A DNA stretch of 64,000 nt from Raja brachyura (Eukaryota). Shown here piece after piece: positions 38,101-51,959 of the stretch. The notes beneath the pieces were generated by a model. That model was not told where the DNA came from. It saw nothing but the letters and a program-made list of their open reading frames with translations, and did not search any database. Position 1 is the stretch's first letter. Every line of letters begins with the position of its first letter. Made by a program: the position numbers and the translations under genes. The stretch spans positions 16,182,001 to 16,246,000 of the forward strand of contig OY740801.1 of the NCBI GenBank assembly GCA_963514005.1, given 5' to 3'.

Positions 38101-41074
38101 TTGATGAGATATTAAAACAAGACCCTCTCTACCTTTTCTGTGGAAATCCACTAGTCAAAGAGCAACGATAAACAGTCCCCATACCCAGGCTTACATTTAA
38201 CTGTCAATGTGTTAAAAACAGATGATCCTGTTATTTTATTTCCAGTTGTGTGGTCTCGCTGTGCACAAACTGTCACAAATCACCTCTAATTTGTGTGGTG
38301 CTGGCTCAAAGGGCCGAATGGCCTACTCCTGTATGTATTGTCTAATTACACTTGAAATGCACTTAAATGCCGTTTCGAGCTTTGAAATGTACTGACATTA
38401 TGATAGCCATCATGTACTTGAAGGTTAATCCTTTCTCTCATCATACATGGTGGGTTATAGTCACATTTAATGTGCCATTAGAAAAGCCATATGGGCATGT
38501 GAATAATGTACGGACCCCAAATAGGATTTTTGAAAATACAATGACAATAAATAAATTCCCAGTCAACGTCTTGAGTAGTTGAAACTTCAACACAATCATA
38601 CAACATATTCAAATTTTATACACAGTGCATTAATTTCAGCGATTCTTCAATTCATGGATTGTTCAATTCTCCTTTTAACTATCCTTTGACTATGGGGTTA
38701 ATATGTCAGTTGAGAGGGTATTAAAAGTATCCAGCATTATACTGAACGCTTAAAACCACCTTACTTTATTTAGAAAATTGTGGTCCTAGACCTAATCATC
38801 AAGGGGTTTTGGAAGATTTCCGCCTTCCTGGACCAGTGCGCATCGATAGAAGACCTCGATGACTATTAACCTTATTATATTTCATACTTGGGAGTCATAT
38901 GGCTCTATTTCATTTTTCTTTCCCACTGCAATATTTTCTTTACAATTCCCCATTTTCTCTGAAGTTTTATCTTTATTTTTACATTAAGATTTCTCCAACC
39001 CATCCTATAATAAAGGAAAGCAAAAAGCATATTCAATGAGAAGCATTGCATTCCAGTTGCAAAAACTCTCATAGAAGGGTTTTATTAAGATCGGGCATAG
39101 GCTGGAGAATGGGAAGGATGTTAAGAAAGTTATGATCGATAGGAATCATATATTGTAGATCAACGGCACTTAATCAATACTAAGCCCTGTTTAATAAAGC
39201 ATAATCATTTAACTAAAGAGTTCCTCTATTTGTTTATCTGGAACACTTCCTTCTGTGGTTGGGGGTGTGAATACAAGGGAGGAAAGCCAGGAGAACACAT
39301 ATCAGCAATGTTTTGATCATTAAAGTACGATAAGCCAGAGAAGGAATAAACTACTATCAGTAAACTACTAACAGTGAATGTTTTGGAAAAAGAATCATCC
39401 AGAACTAAGCGTCCTAGTTGTCTTGGAGGGGATCTCCAAACACAGAAAGATGATAGCACTCGTAGATCGAGAGGTCTGCACAGTGACATCTATCAATATA
39501 CAAAAATTGCCTGATAATGCCTATGCAAAATTCTGCTATGCCATATAACCCTCACGATAACAATCAAGCAAAATTTAACTGCAGTGAGGTTCACTTTGGA
39601 ATTAAGGGCTCCACCCTATGGAGGTTAGTGTTAGATAATGAGGCATCCATTTTCCTTCAAGTAATTGGAAATTTTAACTTTATATCATTATTCATGGTCT
39701 TACCATCATTGTCATCACAACCTCACGACAACCCCCATCTCACCTTCCCTTCACCCCATATCACTGGTGTCCATCCTTGTCCAAATCCCTGAGACTCAGC
39801 CAGCCTCCACTCAACATCGCTTACTGTATGTCCCTGCATCAGCCTCCTCCAAAGTAGTCATCAGTCCTGATTCTCCCTTCATCTTCCACTTACATGCTAT
39901 CCTCCCTTCAATCCGTCACCCACCTAACCTATCCTATCTCCAACTCTTCTTCTACCATCTTTGTTCTCTGTAATGTTGGAAAACTGCAGATGACACCTTG
40001 TGTAACACAGAATACCCACATCCACCTATCAAATTGCTCGCTTTTAGAACACTAGGCCAAACATTGCAGCAGCCAAACTTTGCCTATGGCTGTTAGTTTT
40101 GGATGCTCTGATTTAATTTACCAATGTTAAAATTGAGCCACGGTAAAATATCCCAACTACCTAACCCTGCAGATGCACTTTCCAGATATCAGAATAAATG
40201 TCGCCAAGCTCTACTCTTCAGAAATTTAATTGATTGATAAACACAATGATACCAGAAGACACTTAACAGAACTCCCATCCAAAGTTTGCCTGAATGCTGG
40301 TAGAATGCTGGCAGCATCTCTGGAGAGAAGGAATGGGTGACGTTTCGGGTCGAGGCCCTTCTTCTCTGGGTTCAATCCAGATTGCAAAGGAGACTGTTCC
40401 TACAAATGTCCTTTTCTGACATTGGGGGGGGGGAAAGCACTAACTGAAACTAATACTTATTTACCGTCTTTATCCTCAATAACGCAGTCTTTGTTTGGAC
40501 TCCTCAATGTAGAAAAATGTAAGCAAAAAAAGTGTGTATTAGATTCAGATGAATTGCCATTTCACCTTCAAAAGGTGTTTGGCACCAGATTGTAGATATG
40601 GGGTAAGAGGACCAGTAGTACATCTCCTCCGATTGTATTTTCAGGAGCAATGGTAAGGAATTAGCAGCATGGGTTTGTTTGTACAATTAAGTGAACATGC
40701 CTTTATCATTCCTTTTGTAAATTCATCATTTCTGCCTTCCACTTTGACATACCTCTTCCTTTTTAATCTTTCTCCCCTCCCCATTTCTCTGTATCCTCAA
40801 TATTGATTTGCCTCCATCTTTTTTTTGACAGTTTGACGTTAACTCGGAAATAGTAACTCTTTCTCCATTAATTTCCAAACAATTGGGGAGCAATTACATA
40901 ATTTCACTTTTAATTCCGACTTAAAGCTTGTGTATTGTTTTGCTTTTGTATTTCCAATAAGCAAGCATGGTCAAGATGATCCGACTGACCAAATTTGGTG
41001 CAATATGGTGCTGAATTTTAAACTCTGCCTTTATGTAGAAGGCCTTGTTATGTACATATTCTGTTGGTGATTAC

Positions 41075-41398
41075 CTGTCAATGGTTTGCTGCTATATTGC
41101 AGCTGGCCGTTGGTCACTGCCTGCACAGTAACAGCACTGCTTCCCGTTTGGCTTGTGATTACCGATGTTGTAGTCCCAGCTGTTGATGGTAGCTGCTGGC
41201 CCCTCTTCAGCAGTTGCTTTTGCTCCTGGTGTCGAAAACGTGGCGGTACTTCACGAGGAGGATATCGAGACAAGGCTTGCTGCTGAGTGTTGGCTGGGTC
41301 CCGCTTGGCATTGCTATTGTTGCTGGTATTTATGGAAGTGCCGCTGTTAGAGTTGGCAGGCTGAAGCTGGCTTTGACTGGTCTTAGATGGTGCTGGCA
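41075..41398 (-). CDS. TNRC6A: TNRC6A N-terminal exon of the long (TNGW1-type) isoform
   Basis: tcaag|TG CCA...ACA G|gtaat; [10 protein letters not shown]...[24 protein letters not shown]; phase 1-1. Confidence 0.93.
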
Positions 41399-43689
41399 CT
41401 TGAGGGAAAGAAAAAAATATGTTAATGTCTACTGCATCGATATCTCACTAAATATTTACTTCATGACAAATGGTTAAAACATGTGAATATATGTACATGA
41501 ATACACATGTTCACGCTTGTACATGTATTCATTCTGAATCTGAATAATAGTATTCACAAATTTCTGAAAAATATTAGCAATGGATGGTAAAAGTCAAGAG
41601 TGCTTTTCTATATTAAAAAAAGATACTATGGAATGTCCATTGTTCCATTTTTATGGGTTTAGTTTTCAGGCAGGAAAGAATGGGCTCCTCAAATGCAGTC
41701 AAACTTCTGCATTTTGCAAAAAGAAAATTCTATTTATATAAAATACAACACACCAACTCAACTAAAAATGTGGAACCTGACACAGGAACCCACACAGTTA
41801 ATTTTAATCCATACATGATGCAGATGAGGTTGTAAGATCACCAGGATAACTTTCTGCATTTACTAAAACCACAGCAGAAACATCTCAACCTATAGTAAAA
41901 CAGTATGCTATCTTTAAGTTGATTTAATATTACATTAAGAGTGCAACACTATGAAATAATCGTAGTTTCAAAATATTTTTACTAATTTATAATCTGAAGA
42001 TATCCATCAGAGTAAAACCAATAATGCAGATTGGAAATATATGTCATGATACATAAATGGACGTTTAGTGGATTCCCCATGCAGTAGGATTTTACTAAAA
42101 AATACTGAGAAACAAGAGCTGCAGATGGTGGAATGAACACATTACAAAACTGCTGGAGCTCAACTGGTCAGTCAGCATCTGTGGAGTCGGAGGGATGATC
42201 AATGTTTCAGGATGAGACCGTACATCAGGACTAAGATTGTAAAGGGGGTACAGATAGTATAAAGAGGCAAGAAAGAGGGTCTCACCCTGGCAACAGAGGA
42301 GGCAAAGGACAGACTGGTCAGTGCGGAATATGGAGGGGAGTTAAAATGGCTTGCGACCAGGAACTCAAAATGGGACAGGAAAGCATAGGAAAATCACAAA
42401 GGATGACATTTCCATTGTCCTGGAGGGGAAAATCTCATCTTGAGAATAGATGTGGTAGAGACAGAACAATTGAGAGAAAGAGTTGACGTCCTTTCGGAGT
42501 CAGGTATCATAGTGTGCTGTCATAGTATCTGTAAGCTACAAAAATATTACAATATTACTATAGTCTAATGTTTTAAAATCTGGTTCATCGCTACTCTAGA
42601 TGATAACCTGGAGAAGGGCAAGAAACATATCTCAGATAGATAATGTTCTCATCGCAAGCAAATCAAGAAAGTTTAATACTACAATTTCATGAAAGCACTG
42701 AAACGCTCAATTTATTCCATTTGTCATTGGAACCTTACACAGAAAGCTGTATATGAAATCGTTCTATTTCATGCCATGTGAGGATACTGCAGATGTAGAC
42801 AAACTCACTACCAGCTTCTTACAGAAACAGAATGCATAGCTAGGGCCGTATTCACAATCTTTATTTAAGGGGCTTTGGAGAAGGCACTTGGATATGCAGG
42901 GTGCGCAAGGATATGGATCACAAGAGGTTAGTTTTTCTTGGCATCATGCTTGGCATGGATATTATGGCCCAAAGGTCCTGTACCTGACCTGTTCTATGTT
43001 AGGGCTCAGTGCAAAATAAGGCTCAGCATTACTCTTTAGGAGAGAGAAAATATTATTCACATCACAGTAAGCCGATCCCTGAAAAATGGCAGGTAAGGCT
43101 CTGGCTCAGTTTATTGCTATTTCACGGTGAGTGAATAATGACAAGCATGCAGAACAGCTGCCTAGGCACAAGGCAGCTGAAAGCAGACAGTTCAGCGGAT
43201 ACTACACATTACTGATTACCTGGAAGCAAACTGAAAGTCTTTCCTTACAACAATCCACCCTTTTTTGTTCATCACCCCATCCTCAAAATAAATTCTATGA
43301 TGCATCCTGTTGATTATATCCCAATTACTCTTGTTTGTAGGCAGTGTCTGTATTAAGTTTGAAATGGAGCCAAGTGAGACCAGCATAATCCCTTGGTTCA
43401 TCTGTGATGCTGAACATTTTCAAATTCAAAGAACAAAAACAGCAACATTTGTCCAGAAGGGACCAAAGCATGCAGCCCTCCCCATTTCAAAACGTGCAAA
43501 CACATCGTATTTCATTCTGTAAATTACTAAACTGCATTAATACGAATGGCAGAATTAGGGAAAAAACACAATCAAGTCTATGCTTTGAGATCAACTGGTT
43601 ATTGGAAAGCACGGGACCATAGTAATAAAGGCAAAATTTCATAGCAGCTAGGATTTTCAAAATAAACTACGGGAGGGAGAGGGGGTGAA

Positions 43690-46580
43690 GACGGGAGACA
43701 GAGCGATTGAGATAGGAGACTCATTAGTTAGGGGACAAACTGGAGATTCTATAGCCACAAACTGGACTCCATGGTGATGTGTTGCATCCGTGGTGCTAGG
43801 GTCAAATATGTCTTTGCGCGGCTCAAAATATTCTCAAGGGGGAGGGTGAACAGCCAGAAGTCATTGTGCTCAGTGGCACAGATTACTCAAGTAGAAAATG
43901 GAATGCCCTCCTGCGGGAGCTAGGAGAAAGGTTAAAAAGCAGAACTCAGGGATAGTGATTATTTTCTTCCAATACCACATGCTAATGTGGAATGGAACAA
44001 AGGGTAGGACAGATAAATGGGTGGTATTGGGATTATGATTTTTGGAGCATTGGGATCTCTTCTGGGGCAGAAGCTCAGGTTGCATCTGAACTGGAAGGGA
44101 CCATTATTCTGTTCGGCAAATTTGCTAGTGCTGTTAGGTAGGATTGAAACTTGATTGTCAGTGGGATGGTTTCCAAAATAGCCATTGCTGTAAGCTGACA
44201 CAGAAGTCAATGACAAGTTCAGCAGACAAGTGAGAGTAGGGCAGGGAGCGAGGAAAGACTGTGGGATTAAATTGTGTTTATTTCAATGCAAGAGTCCTGA
44301 CTGGCTTGGAAAATGAACTCAGAGCATGGAGAGGTACATGGGACTGTGATAGTCTAGCCATTACAAAAACATGGCTGTGGAGGGACAGGACTGGCAATTT
44401 AATGTCCCAGGCTGCAGAGAGAATCGAGGTGCAGGACCGAGAGTAGATGTGTTTTTGATTTAAGCAGAATGTCATGGCCATCGTTAAGAGAACAAAATGA
44501 TTGAGGGATCAACCAGTGAGGCTTTAGGCGTGAAGCCGAGAAATAAAACTTGTTGAGATTGAATTATAGACCCCAAATAGCCAAAGGAAATTAGAGGAAA
44601 ATCTTTGCAAGGAGTTTGTGGTGAATTGGAAGATTAAAAGGATGGTAATAGTAGGGGGTTTTAACTTCCCTTACATGACTGGGACTGCCATAGTGTTAGT
44701 TTTAGATTAGGAGAATCTGTTGAATGTGTCAGGAAAGTTTCTTCAAGCAATATACAAGAAAGCCCCATGCGGGAGAGGGCAAAGCTTGACTTAGTCTTGG
44801 GAAATAGGGGAAGGCAAGTGATTGAGGTGTGAGCAGAGGAGCACTTTGGGCTAATTACTATAGTTCTGTTAGTTTTCAAATAGTTTTGGCAATAGACAGA
44901 ATGAATCCACGTTAAATTTTTAATTGGGGCAAGGCAAATTTGAATTGTTTTAGACAGGAACTTGCAAAAGCTGATTGAAGTAGTTGTTTGTAACCAAAGG
45001 GATGTCTGGTAAATGGGAAGCTTTCAGGAGTGATATAGCGAGAGTTCAAGGTCTGCACAATCCTGTTAGTGTGAAGGGCTAAGCTGGCAGAAATAGGAAT
45101 CCCTGGATGACAAGAGGTGTTGAGGCTCTGGTCATAAAAAAGGTGGCATAGGTCAGATACAAGTATCTGGGACCAAGTGAATCCCCGAGAAGAGTATAAT
45201 GATGCAAGAGTATGCTCAAGAATGAAACCAGGAGGACCGAAAGGGGTATGAAATAGCATTGACAGATAAAAGTAAAGAGAATTCAAAAAGATTTTAGGTA
45301 TATTGAGGGGGGAAATTAGGGTATCTAGGGAGAGAATATGCCTCCTCGAAGACTAAAATGGGCATCAATGTATAGAGCTGCAGAAGATGTGCAATGTCCT
45401 CAATGAATATTTCTCTTCTGTTTTAACCATGCAAAAAGGCATGAAGCCTAGGGTTTCAAGATGTCATGGGGATAGTCTGCATATTAGAGGTACTAGATAG
45501 TTTAAAACACGATAGATAAATCTCTACAGTTGGAAGCTAGAGAGAAACTGTAAGAGCGTTAATTGAGAAATATGCATCATCATTGGCCATGCCCAAGTAA
45601 GACTAGAAGGTGGCTAATGTTGCATCTTTATTCAAAAGGAGGGCTATCAAGAAAAAACTGAGCACTACAGTCTAATAAGCCTGACATCTGTAGTAAGTGC
45701 CATCTTCCTAACATCTCACACTCCTTTCTGGAGGGGATCATGAGGGATAAGCTGCAGATGCATTTAGAAAGGCATGTCTTTCAAAGGCAAGTCTGAAGAA
45801 GGGTCTTGACCCGAAACATCATGATTTCCTTCTCTCCAGAGATGCTGCCTGTCCCGCTGAGTTACTCCAGCATTTTGTATCTACCTTTGGAAAGACATGA
45901 ATTGATTAGGGATAATTTGCACAACCTAATGTGGGTGATTGTCTCTCATCAGTTTGATTTGAGTTTTGTTCAGTAGAAACCAAGGGGGCCAATGAGGGCA
46001 GGATGGTATGTGCAGTCCATATGGATTTCAGCATGGTATTTGATACGGTTCTGCGTCGTAGGCTCCTCTAAAACATTAGATCACATGGGATCCAGGGTGA
46101 ACTACCTAATTGGACACTTGATTGGCTTGATGGAAGGAAGAGAGAGTGACTAGTAGTGTGCTTCAAGGGCTTGTGCTGGTCCTATTATTGTTTGGCATCT
46201 ATATCAGTGATTTGGATGAGGATTTAAAAAAAGACACAAAGTGTTAGAGTCAGTGACTGGGTCAGGCAGGATTTCTGGAAAACGTTTGGATAGATGACCA
46301 ATTTTTCAGATTCTGAAGAAGGGTCACAACCTAAAAACCTCACCTATCCATGTTCACCAGAGATGCTGTCTGACCTCCCGAGTTACTCCTGCAATTAATG
46401 CCTTCTTTTTTTAGTAAACCAGCATCTGCAGTTCCTCATTTCTACATTTGAATGAGAATGTATGGTTGGTAAATTAGCAGATTAACAAAACAAGAGGTAT
46501 CAGACAGTGAAGCGGGTTTTCAAAAATTACAGAGGAATCTTGATCATCTGGATAAGTGGGACAAGTAATGCCAAATGAAA
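43690..46580 (+). mobile_element. Old CR1 LINE (end of ORF1 esterase region, ORF2 endonuclease and RT), heavily mutated, interrupted by two Penelope-type repeats (about 45790-45890 and 46230-46445)
   Basis: LNCVYFNARVL...ELRAW...AITKTWL; ILKGEGEQPEVIV; MDFSMVFD and YISDLDE RT remnants. Confidence 0.8.
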
Positions 46581-47421
46581 ATACTTTCAGCATTTCAGTT
46601 TTCATATAATATGTCTAAACCGGCAAACAATGTGTTATGATAGCACGGATTAGGCCTGTTAAGAAAAAAAGCATAGACACAAAATGTTGGAGTAACTCAG
46701 CGGGACAGGCAGCATCTCTGGAGAGAAGGAATGGGTGACATTTTGGGTTGAGACCCTTCCTCAAACTGAAGAAGTCTCGACCTGCAACCTCCAGCATTTT
46801 GTCACTATCTTCAATATAAACCAGCATCTGCAATTCTTTCCGACGCACAGATAATAGAGCTCCTGCCACTCAGCTCCAACGAACGGGTCCAATTGTGACC
46901 TTTGATGGTCAGGAAAGACAAAATGCTGATGTAATTAAACAGGTCAGGCAGCATCACTGGAGAACACGGATTGATGGCATTTTGTGTCAGGACCCTTCTT
47001 CAGACATTTGATGATGGTTGTTGAGTTTGCACTAGGAGCAGAAAAGTTTATCCCAATGTTATTTGGCCAGTATAACCTGCCTTACTGCAAAGGTGGATGG
47101 TAGATTCAGTGATGGTGAGTGGGTGGGGAAATGGACATGAAATGGGATAAGAATAAATTGGTGTTTAATAGTAACTGTGGTTTCAGTGGACTGAAAGACA
47201 TGATTGAGCTTTATGACAGTGGTTCTGTAATCATTATTGCCACCACTGTATGCAAAGATAAGTGTGCCTACTACAAAATGCTTCAATATAATTTTCTTTA
47301 GAGATTGGCAGAAGAGAAAGGTAAAGCATATTGAGATAATGTGGGATGCTATGTGTTGTTGGAATTCTTGAGTTGCCTGCAGATAAGTAAACATATTGGA
47401 ATGAATGCCAGGGGGTTTCAC

Positions 47422-48905
47422 AACATAGAAACATAGAAATTAGGTGCAGGAGTAAGCCATTCGGCCCTTCGAGCCTGCACCGCCATTCAATATGATCATG
47501 GCTGATCATCCAACTCAGTATCCCGTACCTGCCTTCTCTCCATACCCTCTGATCTCCTTAGCCACAAGGGCCACATCTAACTCCCTCTTAAATATAGCCA
47601 ATGAACTGGCCTCAACTACCCTCTGTGGCAGAGAGTTCCAGAGACCCACCACTCTCTGTGTGAAAAAATTCCTTTTCATCTTGGTCCTAAAGGATTTCCC
47701 CCTTATCCTTAAGCTGTGACCCCTTGTCCTGGACCTCCCCAACATCGGGAACAATCTGCCTGCATCTAGCCTGTCCAACCCCTTAAGAATCTTGTAAGTT
47801 TCTATAAGATCCCCTCTCAATCTCCTAAATTCTAGAGAGTATAAACCGAGTCTATGCAGTCTTTGTTCATAAGACAGTCCTGACATCCCAGGAATCAGTC
47901 TGGTGAACCTTTGCTGCACTCCCTCTATGGCAATAATGTCCTTCCTCAGATTTGGAGACCAGAACTGTACGCAATACTCCAGGTGTGGCCTCACCAAGAC
48001 CCTATACAACTGAAGTAGAACCTCTCTGCTCCTATACTCAAATCCTTTTGCTATGAAAGCTAACATACCATTGGCTTTCTTCACTGCCTGCTGTACCTGC
48101 ATGCCTACTTTCAATGACTGGTGTACCATGACACCCAGGTCGCGCTGCATCTCCCTTTTTCCTAATCGGCCACCATTTAGATAGTAGTCGGTTTTCCTAT
48201 TTTTGCCACCAAAGTGGATAACCTCACATTTATCCACATTATACTGCATCTGCCAAACATTTGCCCACTCACCCAGCCTATCCAAGTCACCTTGCATTCT
48301 CCTAGCATCCTCCTCCCAGCTAACACTGCCCCCCAGCTTAGTGTCATCCGGAAACATGGAGATATTGCCTTCAATTCCCTCATCCAGATCATTTATGTAT
48401 ATTGTAAATAGCTGGGGTCCCAGCACTGAGCCTTGCGGTACCCCACTAGTCACTGCCTGCCATTGTGAAAACGACCCGTTTACTCCTACTCTTTGCTTCC
48501 TGTTTGCCAGCCAGTTCTCTATCCACATCAATACTGAACCCCCAATGCCATATGCTTTAAGTTTATATACTAATCGCTTATGTGGGACCTTGTCGAAAGC
48601 CTTCTGGAAGTCCAGATACACCACATCCACTGGCTCTCCCCCATCCACGCAACTAGTTACATCCTTGAAAAATTCCACAAGATTCGTCAGACATGATTTA
48701 CCTTTCGTAAATCCATGCTGACTTTGTCCAATGATTTCACCACTTTCCAAATGTGCTGCTATCCCATCTTTAATAACTGACTCTAGCAGTTTCCCCACTA
48801 CCGATGTTAGACTAACTGGTCTGTAATTCCCCGTTTTCTCTCTCCCCCCCTTCTTAAAAAGAGGGGTTACGTTTGCTACCCGCCAATCCTCAGGAACTAC
48901 TCCAG
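47422..48905 (-). mobile_element. Young 5'-truncated CR1 LINE with uninterrupted 427-aa RT ORF (47515-48798)
   Basis: QHGFTKGKSCLTNL, YLDFQKAFDKVPH, GVPQGSVLGP, FPDDTKLGG, RPHLEYCVQFW; (TTTCTATG)n 3' tail. Confidence 0.95.
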
Positions 48906-49269
48906 TTCTTGGTATGCAGAGATGTCAAAGTATGCCATGGTGAGCGAGGGACAAGTACATATTATTTCTCTTCAAATGTATTCTAAATTAATCAAAGTTA
49001 CTGTTATTTATTAAATTCTTGTACGCTGAGATTCTTAAAAGTTTGCAACTTTAGGTGAGAAGGTAAACAAGGTACTTTCAGAGAGGATCTCTCCCTTTAT
49101 AAAGATAACTTTTTCAATTGAGGCTATTTAACTTCAATTGACTAGACACCGGGTACGCAAAACGTCTATGGGCGGTGGGCTTCTTAAGACATAAAACAGT
49201 CAGGTAAATAGCTGATGCGTATTTTCACTTTTACCATTCAAATAATGTTGGAAGAAAGATTGGAATCCA

Positions 49270-50225
49270 TTTCGATGCATGGTTTGAAGCAAGTGGATAT
49301 AGGGAAACAGCAGGAATTGGGTACTGATTTTCAATGATCAGCCATGATCATATTGAATGGCAGTGTGGCTGGAAGGGGCGAATGGCCTACTCCAGCACCT
49401 TTTTTCTATGTTCCAAGTGGGAATTCTAAATGTTTCTTGGAATCGGGAAGACCACATCTGCAGAAGGTGCCAGGAATCATTAATATTATTATAACAGTTA
49501 GATTACTTAAAGTGTCCCATGTTAGCGCCAGGGTATGAGGATAGATTAGATGAATGTCTAAGAGATGGTGTAGGAGGGAAGGATTTAGATTTAGGCTGGA
49601 TCACTGGAACCATTTCTGGGGAAGATGGGATATGTACAAATTGGATATGCTACAGATAAACCTGTATATGCCCAATATCTATTGGGGAAGTCCGACTGCT
49701 GTCGGGGAGGGTTTTAGCTAATTCAGCACATGAATGAGAAAACCAAGTAGATGTATAGTTGTCAGAGGGATGGAGTGGGAAATGTTGTTATGACTAGAAT
49801 GTGAGGATGGCGAGGATAGAGAAGAGGAATGCCAGAAAGTTGCTTGGAAGAGAGGATTGGACAAACGTGTGTTATTTTCCCTGCAGCAAAAAAACTGAGG
49901 GGATACACAATAAAAGTATATTGAATTAAGAGAGACATAGATAGGGTAGTCAGTCAGAACCGGGGTAGAAATGTCAAAGACTAAAGCACATAGCTTTAAG
50001 GTGAGAGGGGTAACATTTTGAAGAAGATGTGCAAGACACAAGCTTTTTCAGAGAGGTGGATGCTTGGAAAGCTCTGCCAGGGGTGGAGGCAGAGACTATA
50101 GTGGAAAAGACTTTTAGATAGACACGTGGCTATGCAGGGATATCATGAGCAGGCCGAGGAGATTAATTTAACCCAACATGTTCAGTATGGACATTATGGG
50201 TCGAAGGACCTGTGTTGTAATGTTC
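49270..50225 (+). mobile_element. Cluster of decayed CR1 fragments
   Basis: 49270-49410 is the reverse complement of the 47440-47540 tail; 49850-50220 is another CR1 3' end. Confidence 0.65.
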
Positions 50226-51959
50226 TGATTATAAAAAGGGTACGAATGTCACTTCCACTTTCCCATGTGCAGAACCTTCAGACTAATGACAAGGGGAGTG
50301 AATGTAAAGCGATGGTGGCATTATGATACCAAGGACTCCATTACCATCGTAAAGATGAAAGAGACCCAAGGCATTATATCCCAATTATGCCACAAGGTCG
50401 AGTTTAAACAAAAAGATGCAATGCAATCACTTTGTTGAGACTGTACTAGCCATCCCTTCACCCATCCCATCTAATTTTTTAAAAAATCCACTTTTCCAAT
50501 TCCTATAAAGTCTCTCGACAGGGACATTGATTTTATTTCTCCTTAGATATTAGGTAACCTGTTAAGTTTCCAGCATTTGTTTTTGTTTCACAAACAACAT
50601 CTGCAGATATTTTTTTAATTTTCATTCCTGGTTCCGTTTTCATAAGGGTGTATTTTAGAAGCCACTCCCAAAATTCACTAATTATTTCTTAATGCTACTC
50701 TTTAATTACATATCATTATGTTGTTCATTCATTCTTTCATAGCCCAAAGGGCAACATGTTGATCTAGGTAAAAGTAAGCTGAGCCTATGAACAGATTCTA
50801 GAAAGTAGAATTAAAAGCAGAACACGAGCAGGCACACGTTTAAATTTAAAGTTTTACTTCAATCATGTATATACTTTAGATACAATCATTTTAAGCTATC
50901 TACTTCCATCACATTTAGGAACCCAATCAATGTATTTTTTCTGATGAAGCAAAAAGGCTGGTGTATTTCAGTGCAGAAAGTAACACCTGAAGCATGTTTC
51001 TGGGATAATGGACTAAATATTTAATTATAATTCCAATTATAATTCCAAGTGAACTCTGGTTCTTTATTCAGCGCTGTTAACAACAACACCTTTTAAAGGC
51101 AAACAAAGGTTTTTGTCCATTTTTACATTGCTGCAAAGCACAGTTCAAAAACAGTTCACATAAATTTAATAGCTAAAATATTTCATTCAAATTGTTCAGA
51201 TATTTAAAGAGACTTTTGGTGGTGCATAAAGCTTCATTGTTGTCACCCATTTTGATACCTGCAACAGGTCAAATGAAATTTATTAGCAAGAACACTTCAG
51301 GAGCCTCCACTTACAGCTACTACTTTGTGCTTTTAAAATACACTTCTCTCTGGTTTGCTAGAATAAACAGCTTAAACATCAACTCAATATTCAAGCTGCA
51401 AATCATTAAAAAAAATCTTACTGATCAAGTGGCTGTTATATTTATTTCTCCTCTCTTCCCCACGGCACTATTTTAGGCACCTCGGAGATGAAATTCAATT
51501 ACATTTTGGCTAGCCATTACACATTCTTCTGATAATTGGATATATGCACACAAAAAATAAAATAATTTAATTAGAGCTTGACCTACAATTAACTTGGACA
51601 GTCACATTTTCAGATATTGGGGGTGGGGTGAGAGAACGAAGGGTGGAATTAGGAGAGGCCTGACCATAACATGATAGCCAGAGACCCTGCCAACAAACAG
51701 ATGGCAATCCCCCCCCCCCCCCTTCCAAGTACAAATTCAAAATGGAGAAGCATGTTGTCACATTACCCTTATAAAAGATACTGTTATAAAAGAGGGCTGC
51801 TTGCCAACTCTTCCAGAATAAGGGCCCCAATGTTGAGCTGCGTTATCCCACGTGCAACAACTTCCTTTTCGGTTAGAGTAAATCAAAGGCAGATGGGACA
51901 ACTTCAGCCAACCAAAACTTAACAGCACAAGCCTGAAACTGAGATCAGTCACTATGATA

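Noticed and set aside
41484-41532. Short hairpin upstream of the N-terminal exon acceptor
   Set aside because: AT-rich and low complexity; plausible by chance.
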